Assembly: GCA_051942205.1 (NCBI GenBank)
Contig: JAVECO010000007.1
Coordinates: 1 to 64,000 of the forward strand
Direction: 5' to 3'
DNA from: Coniocarpon cinnabarinum
Taxonomy: Eukaryota
DNA: 64,000 bases
Both the position numbers and the translations under genes were made by a program. This document shows, piece after piece, positions 54,901 through 64,000 of the stretch (position 1 is its first letter; each line of letters starts with the position of its first letter). The notes under the pieces were generated by a model, which saw nothing but the letters and a program-made list of their open reading frames with translations, did no database searches and was not told where the DNA came from.

Positions 54901-56028
54901 GACGGAATTGGCACAGGATGGAGCTCCCAGATCCCCAACTACAACCCCGAAGACATTGTCGAGAACTTGAAAAGACGAATGGCCGGCAACGCTAAAGAGG
55001 ACATGTTACCCATGACGCCGTGGTTCAAGGGTTGGACTGGCACCACGGAACGAATTGATGATGTCGGAGATCGATTCAGATTCACGGGCAAGGTCAGACA
55101 AACTGGGAACAACGAGGTCGAAATCACGGAGCTGCCAGTTCGATATTGGACTCAGGATTTTAAGGACAAGCTCGAAGACATCATCAAAGCTGAGAAGACA
55201 CCATCATTCATCAAAGATTACACCGAGTACAACACTCCTGAGAAGGTGCATTTCATTATCAAGATGGAGGATAAACACATGAAAATTGCCATGGAGAAGG
55301 GGCTTGAAGAGGCATTCAAACTCACAAAAACCATGGCGACAACCAACCTTGTAGCATTCGACGCCCAGGGCCGCATTCACAAGTACGCAACGGTTCTTGA
55401 CATCATGGAGGAGTTCTATCATGTGCGGCTGAGATTCTACGACAAGCGCAAGTCGCATATGCTTGGTGAAATGCAAAAAGAGCTGAAAAAGCTCAGCAAC
55501 CAAGCTAGGTTTGTCAAGATGATCGTGGACGAGAAGCTCACCGTCAACCGCAAGAAAAAGGTGTTGTTAGTGGAAGAACTGAGGAAGCTGGAGTTTGCTC
55601 CCTTCCCAAAGGCGGCCGATGCGCGCAAGAAAGGCGAGCTTGAACCTATTGTGGACGCTGATGCTGAGCCTGAAGATGAGGCGCAAGAGGACAACAAGAC
55701 AGGTGCAAGTGATTTTGACTATTTGCTTGGAATGCCCATCTGGTCCCTTACGCAGGAGCGCATTGACAAGCTGAAGAAGCAGATTGGCGACAAAGAAGTA
55801 GATTTCACAGAACTCACTGGGACTTCTGCCAAAGAGCTATGGACGCGTGACCTTGACGAATTCATCGCTGAGTGGCGATTCCAGCTCGAAGATGAGGACA
55901 AACGTCGTAAGAAAGCTGCCAAAGCAGGCAGACGGGCGTCTGCGAAGCTTCGCATTGGAGGCAAGATGGGGTCCAAGAAGCGAAAGGTGACCAGTGACGA
56001 TGACGAGGATTCTGATTTTGCATTATGA
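51907..56028 (+). CDS. TOP2: DNA topoisomerase II (1338 aa as spliced)
   Basis: Introns 51982-52031 and 52401-52455. YQK|LTQLEHILKRPDTYIGS, GGRNGYGAK, TEGDSA, PLRGKLLN, DQDHDGSHIKG and catalytic SARYI. Confidence 0.98.
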
Positions 56029-57591
56029 TGAGGGAGGATATCACCAGTTGGGTAGAAATTCGGTGCGATCGCTGACCGCTTCGAATTTCGGGTCGCACGA
56101 GCATGACGGAATGGACTCTATTATGGTGAAGCTTTGCAAGATTGATACATGATGAGGGAGGGCGCTACGCGAAGGAAGGTGCGCGATGGGTGCATCCATT
56201 CCGCAATTAGGGGCGCTTAGCTTTCACCCATAAGAGAGCAAGAGCATTCTCAATAAGTCTCGTGCCGAAAAAACGGTACTAAATTCGCGTTACCGTCACG
56301 CCTATAAGTGCTTATTTTTTTTTTCTCTAGCATTTCCTGCATCTACAGCAAGAGTGATGAAGAAGGAGGGGACAAGACAAATTTAGCTGAACAACTAGGT
56401 TTAGCGAGTTCCGTAGCTATCAGCTCAGAGCAGACTGTTCTCACGGGCACATTTTGTCGGAACTTCATCATTGTGTCAAGTGCGACTTTCAGCAATTGCA
56501 GTGTGTCCAGATGTGCGCTTGCAAACGGCGATGCAACACGCGGACACTGCATCGGGATGTTGCATAATGACATCTCCTAGCGCTGCACCTGCGCGTTGGA
56601 CATGCATGGGGTTTATGGCGGACTATGTCTGCCCGTAAATCAGTCTGGCTCCATGCCGATCCATATCTAAGAGAAACAAGCGCACGATACTGCGCAAAAA
56701 AAGCTGTGTAGTGTCTGCCATGGAGAAGTGCCTGACGCTGCCTTGCTGTCGATTGGCAATCCCCCGTGGTTCAACTGACAGGGGCCATTTGGCGCGGAGC
56801 TTTGGTACATTAGCAAGCAGTGGGTCTTGCATGCGGGTAGAATGCTCGCAGCGCGGCTATGCATATCTACCGCTCAATCTGATAGGTTTGGTTCAGTTAA
56901 TTCCGTTGGACTGATGGGTCCAGAATGTGAGTGTGTCCAAATTTTGTTCCAGGGAAGCGACCTTTAATTGATATCGATGTGCAGAAGCCTCACACGAAAT
57001 CTGGATGTTTCCACGTGCTCCTCAGCGCTTTGAAATTCTGCCTGAGAGTAGATTCAAATCGTTGCCCGAGTGACATGTGCAGGCTTGGTCACAACGCGGG
57101 TAGGACTACCCAGACTGCTCGCCTCCTGCGAACAACACAAGCAGCTACAATGACATCCCAAGCTCTTCACCGCATCAACTCTTAAGTGGGCCTTTACGCG
57201 TGAATGTGCCTGTCTGCATGCAAGCAGGCAGGAGAGGCCGATTCAGGGGGAGCTATTCTCACCTAAACCCTTGACGGACAGAGGCTTGTCTCAGTCAATC
57301 AAGTTTGCTCCACGTAATTCAGCCGTTGGATATATCAGTGAAGGGCGGTGAACCGTCCACTGATATGTAGAGCTCTCGTTCGTAGGCTCGGCGCTGTTTT
57401 GTTCCACCTCGACTCGATTCCCTACCAACGGCATCGAAGAGTCTGGGAGACGCGCCTCAAGCCAAAGCCAAATCAATCCCCTCTGAAGCCCTTTCGTGCC
57501 TGCTATTCTTGCCTTTTCTCCCCTGGCTACTCACCTGCTAAGTGCAGAGAATGCAATTGGCTGACCCATCTCTACCCTGAAAAGCGCCAAC

Positions 57592-59009
57592 ATGAACATT
57601 TCAGCAATCCTCAACCCGGAAAATTCACAGCGTCGTTCTCTCCTCGGTCTTCGACAGTTCACAGCGTTGACGTTTGGCCGCCACTCAGCCGAACCAAGCT
57701 TACCTGGCGAACAGCCGCGCGCAGCGTCAACCCCGCGTGGCACTATGAAGGAGGCTAAAAATGCTCCTAAGTTTGAGAAGGGCGATCCAGTTGGCGATGT
57801 TAACTTTCCGCCTCACTATGTTAAGGCCAAGGGACTTGTCCAGCATATCAAGCGATATGCAATCTTTCCAGCAGAAGACATCGAGGGGTACCCAAGACAC
57901 ATTCCATACAGCAGTGACAAAAAGCGCTTCGCGGCAAAGACAGGAAGGGAGGCTTTCGAAGGTAGGCACGTCTCCCAGCGACAAGTTTCCGGCGCTAATG
58001 AGTGCAGTTTTCCAGTACACATTCCGTTACACTGAGAAGGCCGACGCAGACGAGGATACGAAAGATCATGCTGGCGATCCCACATGGACGATCATGTGGG
58101 ACTACAATATTGGCCTCGTCCGAATAACACCCTTTTTCAAATGTCAGGGATATCAGAAGGTCTGTGGATGCTGCTGTGCCCAAGCAGCGGGGTGCTTGCT
58201 GACACCACATCAGACCATCCCTGCAAAGGTCATCCAGCAGAATTCCGGCCTTTCAGACCTTTGTCATTCTATCACAGGTGGATCGCTTGCAGCTCAAGGT
58301 AATGAAGCGTCTTGCCTCATCACATTGCCATCGCTGACAAGTCTCAGGCTACTGGATGCCGTACGAAGCGGCCAAAATGATTGCATCCACTTTCTGCTGG
58401 AAGATTCGCTATGCGCTGGTGCCATTGTTCGGGTCCGATTTCGTCGATCTGTGCACGCACCCCACCGATCCGGCATACCGCCGGTTTCTGATTGACCCCG
58501 CCGTTAGCGAACGATGTGCGATGGGATACAAACATGTCCGGAATAAAGGTCTGCGCCAGCATACCCAACGAAGCATCTCTTATCCCCAAGGCGTTCACTC
58601 ATCGATAACCGCGGAAGAGTTCCATACACCAAAGCCCAGGCCGCTGCGGCCACGTCCCTCACGCAGAGTCCAAAATGCAGAGAATGAGCGCACGATGGGT
58701 GCAGAGTCATCACAAACGGACACAGAAGGTGCACCTTCTGCGATCTCTACGCCGTCGACTGGCCCGCGCGCAAGCTCCGGTATCAGACACAAGAACTCCG
58801 TAGACACAGAGTGGCTTGCGGCAAATGAACGCGTCCAGAGGGGCTCAAAGCGGGGCCAACGTGAGATTGAGACGGACTCGGAAGCTGAGTATCCACGTCC
58901 ATCGCAACTACCCAACAAACGGAAAAGGAAGATCGGCGTCTTCACGCTAGAAGAGGCACGAGCTGCCCATCAGCTTCTTGAACTTCGCTATTCGCGCCCG
59001 GATGCATGA
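57592..59009 (+). CDS. APSES/KilA-N transcription factor, Xbp1-like
   Basis: Introns 57962-58007, 58160-58213 and 58299-58347 give [18 protein letters not shown] and [34 protein letters not shown]. Confidence 0.88.
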
Positions 59010-59622
59010 AAGGAGGTGACCCTCAAGGCTATCATCGGGAATTTGCAACACCAGGTTGACAATCACGATGGCATGACTTAAATGATGAATACGAAAGACT
59101 CATGGACGCTTAACTTTGCATCATGACATGGATTTGGAATCAGCTTTGCAATAAAGTGAATTTGGCTTACGCCGTGGAAAGCAATTATATTTGAATTGTC
59201 TTGGGCGATCCCACCTTTTCTTACGTACAAGCTATCACAGCTAGTCAACTACGCTGATGTGTTTCACCCCAGCTAGCATGACTTCGACTATGCATGTACT
59301 TGACCATCTTTTTAATGCTAAAGTGAGCGTGCTTGGATACGTGTACGGTGCGTTTCATGGATATTATAGCTGCCTGATTTGTTTAGCCTGTCGTGAAGGC
59401 AGCAAGTCACGTGGTTTTACTCACATGATGTCATCTTCCGACCCCATTGAGTCGCTCTGTGAAAAAGCGAAATCACTCACATATTAGCTGCAAATACTTC
59501 AAGAAAGGGCAGCAGACTGCAGCTTGATGTAATCCCACTACTTGGAGGGTCTGAAGTATTCAGCAGAGAAGTTAGCCCTGAGTAAACCCATTACTGTCGT
59601 TGAAAGCCTAACGTGCCGGAGC

Positions 59623-62600
59623 ATGGGCCGTGGCGGGTCCCGTGGTGGCTATAGCGGTGGTCGTGGTCGAGGTCGAGGTCGAGGTAGAGGCCGTGGTGGG
59701 AACCGCGGTGGGCAGCGGTCTAATGAAAGGATTCCTGCCTCGGATATAGATCGTCGAAATAGAGATTTTGAGAACTATTATGACGACCTAGGAATCATTC
59801 CTGAACTGGAGCGAAAGGCATTCTGGGCCTCGATGAAGTCAGATCTGCCGAATTCATTCCGCTTCACTGGCTCGCGATCGCACGCTTTGACCGTGCAAAG
59901 ACGCTTGAATGATCGTTATATTCCTGAGATTACAGCAGTCAAATACGAAGACGAGCCAGTCGAGCCGCCGAAGCCAGTTCCGTGGTACCCAGATCGACTG
60001 GCATGGAGCATGACCACGCCAAAGAATGTGATAAGACGCTTTCCGCCATTCGCTAATTTTCAAAAGTTTTTGGTTAGTGAAAATAGTGTCGGAAATATCA
60101 CGAGGCAAGAAGTAGTGAGCATGATTCCACCGCTCATGATGAACCTCAAGCCTGGCATGACGGTACTGGATATGTGCGCAGCTCCTGGCAGCAAAAGCGT
60201 GCAACTGATTGAAGCTATACATGGAGGTGAGGAAGGTCGGGTCCGCAAGGTCTTGGCGTCTTTGCTTCAAAACGGAGATAGAGAAGGCAGTCCTGGACAG
60301 ATTGGATTTGGCGAAGATGTGGAAATGCAACAAGCTGGCGAAGAAGGAGATTACGGCGATGATGGCCGTGCCACAGGATTGCTAGTTGCTAACGATCGCG
60401 AGTACAAGCGTGCTCAAATGCTGATCCATCAATGCAAGCGCATCAACTCTCCGAATCTGATCATCACCAACCATGATGCTACATTGTATCCTTCCCTAAA
60501 ACTCGGACCTGATAGTAACGGAAGACAGCAATACTTGAAATTCGACCGCATTCTTGCTGACGTGCCTTGCTCTGGGGACGGTACTGCACGTAAAAACCTG
60601 GATGTCTGGAGGGAATGGCAGTTCGTGGTCGGCTTGGGTCTTCATATACAACAAGTCAGAATTTTGATGCGTGCGTTGCAGATGTTGAAGGTAGGCGGGC
60701 GGGTTGTCTACTCTACGTGCAGCATGAATCCTATCGAAGACGAGTCTGTGGTGTCCGAAGCTATACAGCGCTGCGGCGGTGTTGATAAGGTCAGTATAGT
60801 GGATACTAGCTTGTTCTTGCCTGGACTGGAGCGTCGTGAAGGTCTGCGTAAGTGGGATGTGGTTGATCGCAAGGGCAACTCTTGGACAGACTGGGAATCT
60901 GTGGAAGAAGCACGAGCCAACAGTGAAAGAGGTGAAGCAGCTGGCAAGGTCACGGAAGGCATGTTTCCTCCATTTGCAGAGCACGAGATTCCCCTACAAC
61001 GCTGTGTGCGCGTTTATCCACATTTGCAAGATACTGGGGGCTTCTTTATTGCAGTGTTAGAGAAGAAGTCAGAGATCAAAGCTCGTAACGATGTCGACTC
61101 TACGCTTCCAAGGAACTCAATGCCGGAACCTGCAAAAGCTGCAGACGCACCTATTTCAGCCATGGCCGAAGAAATAGCAAAGCAGCCAGACGCCGAGGCT
61201 CGCAGAGCTGACGCTGTTGAAACGGCAGATGAAATACTTCCTCCACCTGCAGAGCAGCCTAAACCTGACCCAGGTCGTGATCCACCAGTGGTCCGTCAAA
61301 ACCAGCTAGACACACTCGCAAATGGAATGGAAAAACGACCACTGGATACTGACGGGGCCAATGATGAACCACCCGCCAAGGTAGCTAAGCTCACCGAAGT
61401 TGCAGAAGCACATACAGAACATTGGCCGCCACCACCCGCGCAGCCACCTTCGGATCATCCCAAAGACAATCCTGTGCCTACGCTCTCTAAAGACCCTTCT
61501 CAAGCTGGCCTAGATGGCGAACCCAAGGCTGACCCAGAAAACATCGCTGCGGCCACGACTTCAGAAGTAACGACATCCGCCGCAAACGCATCACAATCCG
61601 CAAGCAAACCGCCTCGAGAGCAAGGGCACGGCTACCAAACTGAATCCTTCATCTTCCTTGACCCGTTTCATCCCACTCTAAAAGCTATCCGTACCTTCTA
61701 CAATCTCTCTCCACGCTTTCCCGCAGATCGCTTCCTCGTCCGCAACCCAACGGGCGACCCCGTCAAGGGCATCTACTACTCTTCCGCGCTGGTCAAGGAC
61801 ATTCTTAAGGCCAACGAAGGTCGTGGCGTCAAGTTCGTTCATGCTGGCGTGAAAATGTTCGTGAAGCAGGATGTGGGCCATTCCAAAGTCAAAGAAGAGT
61901 ACGAGAAGCTAGAAGACGTAGACAAGGGAAAAGCGTGGCGCATCCAGAACGAAGGTCTGGGCATTATTGAGCGATGGGTCGGCAGTGGACGCGTTGTGAA
62001 GCTCTATAGTATGGATGTCCTGCATACGTTGCTCAAGGAGATGTTCATCAAGATGTCACCTATCGGCAGTTTCAATACCTTCCCTGAGGCATTCCGGCAG
62101 CGTACGGAAGAGATCAGCTTGGGCTGTTGTATCCTCAGGTGCGAACCTGGCGAAGGCGAGGACGCGTTCGATGAGCGCCTGGTGCTTCCGCTCTGGCGCG
62201 GCATCAGCAGCGTGAATCTCATGCTGCCGAAGGAAGACCGGCGAGCGATGCTGCTAAGGTTCTTCAATGAGAGTGATGCGGAGTTGATTGATAACAGCAA
62301 CACCAAGGCTCAGGGAACGAAAGGTGAGCCCAAGTCACAGCGGATTGAACGAGATAGACGCGACGAACGAAACGCGCAGCTGAAAAAGGAGGAGAGCGCA
62401 AGCGGGGAAAGCGAGTCTGATGGCGGCGTGCCCTTGGATGGGGGCAACGATGTCAAGGTGGAGGACGACGGAGGTCCTAGACCCGCGCTGCAGCAGACAG
62501 TGGAGGCTGCCGAGACATTGGGTGGTGCAAGTGCAGTAGAGGCCACGAGCATCAAGGTCGAGGAGAAGGAGCGCGCGAGGGACGCCGAGCTCCAAGGCCA

Positions 62601-62664
62601 GGCCCAGGCGGACGTGGATCTGACGGAGGCCGACGATGGTGCAAAATTCAATACGACGATCTGA
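59623..62664 (+). CDS. NCL1: Multisite tRNA cytosine-C5 methyltransferase (Trm4/NSUN2)
   Basis: RG-rich N-terminus, RQEVVSMIP, VLDMCAAPGSKS, ILADVPCSGDG, VVYSTCSMNP and PHLQDTGGFF. Confidence 0.95.
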   Translation: MGRGGSRGGYSGGRGRGRGRGRGRGGNRGGQRSNERIPASDIDRRNRDFENYYDDLGIIPELERKAFWASMKSDLPNSFRFTGSRSHALTVQRRLNDRYIPEITAVKYEDEPVEPPKPVPWYPDRLAWSMTTPKNVIRRFPPFANFQKFLVSENSVGNITRQEVVSMIPPLMMNLKPGMTVLDMCAAPGSKSVQLIEAIHGGEEGRVRKVLASLLQNGDREGSPGQIGFGEDVEMQQAGEEGDYGDDGRATGLLVANDREYKRAQMLIHQCKRINSPNLIITNHDATLYPSLKLGPDSNGRQQYLKFDRILADVPCSGDGTARKNLDVWREWQFVVGLGLHIQQVRILMRALQMLKVGGRVVYSTCSMNPIEDESVVSEAIQRCGGVDKVSIVDTSLFLPGLERREGLRKWDVVDRKGNSWTDWESVEEARANSERGEAAGKVTEGMFPPFAEHEIPLQRCVRVYPHLQDTGGFFIAVLEKKSEIKARNDVDSTLPRNSMPEPAKAADAPISAMAEEIAKQPDAEARRADAVETADEILPPPAEQPKPDPGRDPPVVRQNQLDTLANGMEKRPLDTDGANDEPPAKVAKLTEVAEAHTEHWPPPPAQPPSDHPKDNPVPTLSKDPSQAGLDGEPKADPENIAAATTSEVTTSAANASQSASKPPREQGHGYQTESFIFLDPFHPTLKAIRTFYNLSPRFPADRFLVRNPTGDPVKGIYYSSALVKDILKANEGRGVKFVHAGVKMFVKQDVGHSKVKEEYEKLEDVDKGKAWRIQNEGLGIIERWVGSGRVVKLYSMDVLHTLLKEMFIKMSPIGSFNTFPEAFRQRTEEISLGCCILRCEPGEGEDAFDERLVLPLWRGISSVNLMLPKEDRRAMLLRFFNESDAELIDNSNTKAQGTKGEPKSQRIERDRRDERNAQLKKEESASGESESDGGVPLDGGNDVKVEDDGGPRPALQQTVEAAETLGGASAVEATSIKVEEKERARDAELQGQAQADVDLTEADDGAKFNTTI

Positions 62665-62885
62665 TGAGGATCTACAACTAAAACAAATGATTCAGGATTC
62701 AGGGAAGAATCTAAGGTGGTCGTGGTCAAAATAGAGTCATCTAGTATTATCATACTCCAACGCTGCCGTCAAGGAGCAGCTCACGAGGCGGCCATGGACC
62801 GCCGTCGTCTCAGATATTTAGATATAACAATGCGACATGTCGCTCCCTGACGCCTCGCTATGCATATCGATGTCACTAGTCAATG

Positions 62886-64000
62886 CTATCGTCTAGGCCC
62901 CGGTCTCCCACCTGGATCCCGTCCCCTCAATGCTCTCTTGTCCTCATCAAACTTCTCGAAGTCCCTCTTGGGTTCTTCACGCCAATGCTGCCGCGGTGGT
63001 GGCGGGAGCGGTGCCGCTCCTCTGTCATCTCTCCTAACACCACGGGCACCATATCCTGTGTCAGGTCTTGCACCTCTCATATCTTCCCTCTGCGGACGGG
63101 CGTCCTCGCGACGGTCTCTGTACTCTTTCGGATAGTCTCTAGGTTCTCGAGTGTCTCTTCTCATTTCCCCTCGCGGACTACGCTCACGCATACGGTCTGA
63201 TTCCCGTAGGCGTGCGTCTCTGCCATCGCGCCCACCAGTGGGCCCCTCTGGCATCAGCTCGCGTGGTGCACCACGACGCGGTCCACCGTCACGTGCAAAC
63301 AGATCCGGTTGCTCTGAGCGTGGAAGTCCGCGATAGTCGCGATTCTCCTGTCGGTCTTGACGGGTGTCTCCAGCTGGCGGTCGCTCAGGACGATCGAATC
63401 GCACTTCATGAGGTACTGGTCGATCCATACCTCGGTCACGAACCTCTCGAATATCGCTACGAAGTTCGCGACGAGGTCCGCGATCGACATTGCGGTCATA
63501 CGGTGCGGGCGCCAGCTCTTGCGACGGTATTGAGACTTCGGGTCGAGAGAATTGGGCACCGCGGACGTCACGTGGTGGCGCCTCTCCAACTCGCTCTCGA
63601 GGAGGAACCGCTGGACCCGGTCCTCTCGCTTGAAATTGGGGAGGCGGAGGAGGTCCGCGACTATCAAAGCCACGAGATGATGGAGGGGAGGAGCCATCAG
63701 TAGAATAGCCTCGTGAAGCAGCGCCAGGAGCTGGTAGCCCAGCGTTTACGGGCCCGTTGCGCGGACCTATGCCGTTGGTAGGGGGCCTTGGGGCTTGATT
63801 GCTTTGATTCAGAGTCTCTTGCAAGCGCCCAAACTGCCGGCGACTGCCGTCTGTTCGATTGTATTGATTTTGTGAGGCTGCGCTTGACGGTCCACTAGGA
63901 GGAACGAAACCGGTCGGTGAACCTGCAGACTGCGGGCCAGCCGACCGAGGGCCTGAGGGAACACCTGCTGTTGACTGTGGAAGTCCAGGACCGCCTAAAG
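62886..64000 (-). CDS. 3' end of a gene with an R/D/G/P-rich low-complexity tail, probably THO complex subunit Tho2
   Basis: The frame is open from the window edge to the stop at 62886. PSGP repeats, RRQFGRLQETLNQS and an RD/RE-rich end resemble filamentous-fungal Tho2 tails. No folded domain lies in the window. Confidence 0.55.
   Translation of the reverse strand, partial: LGGPGLPQSTAGVPSGPRSAGPQSAGSPTGFVPPSGPSSAASQNQYNRTDGSRRQFGRLQETLNQSNQAPRPPTNGIGPRNGPVNAGLPAPGAASRGYSTDGSSPPSSRGFDSRGPPPPPQFQARGPGPAVPPRERVGEAPPRDVRGAQFSRPEVSIPSQELAPAPYDRNVDRGPRRELRSDIREVRDRGMDRPVPHEVRFDRPERPPAGDTRQDRQENRDYRGLPRSEQPDLFARDGGPRRGAPRELMPEGPTGGRDGRDARLRESDRMRERSPRGEMRRDTREPRDYPKEYRDRREDARPQREDMRGARPDTGYGARGVRRDDRGAAPLPPPPRQHWREEPKRDFEKFDEDKRALRGRDPGGRPGPRR

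Noticed and set aside
56025..56075. ATGATGA..CTGA as a C/D box snoRNA
   Set aside because: Only about 50 nt, overlaps the TOP2 stop, and has no terminal stem or recognisable rRNA guide.

Overview
This is gene-dense eukaryotic DNA from a filamentous ascomycete (Pezizomycotina-type). The basis is short introns (mostly 45-135 nt) with GTRNGT donors, CTRAC branch points and YAG/AAG acceptors. About 24 protein genes can be reconstructed. Most are housekeeping or common families: PRMT3-type methyltransferase (partial), MFS transporter, BAR protein, uL2/RPL2, WHIM1-type chromatin protein, Zn2Cys6 factor, AMPK beta subunit, KAE1, RKM4-like SET protein, EPL1, KIN17/RTS2, SAC3, YCF1, UreF, SNU23/ZMAT2, TOP2, an Xbp1-like APSES factor, TRM4/NCL1 and the probable 3' end of THO2. 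I found no tRNA, rRNA, transposon or CRISPR. The best candidate for something undescribed is an intronless, divergent two-gene block between KIN17 and SAC3. One gene encodes an F-box-like protein with three tandem PPxY motifs and a cryptic, doubly frameshifted Cys-repeat tail; the other encodes a DUF2828/vWA protein. Also notable are a multi-exon orphan gene with a long leader, a GC-AG intron and an overlapping uORF; a secreted X-Pro dipeptide-repeat protein; an inflated KAE1; a TOP2 apparently lacking its C-terminal tail; and recurrent C-rich to G-rich skew switches inside genes. All calls come from motif recognition by eye, with no database search.
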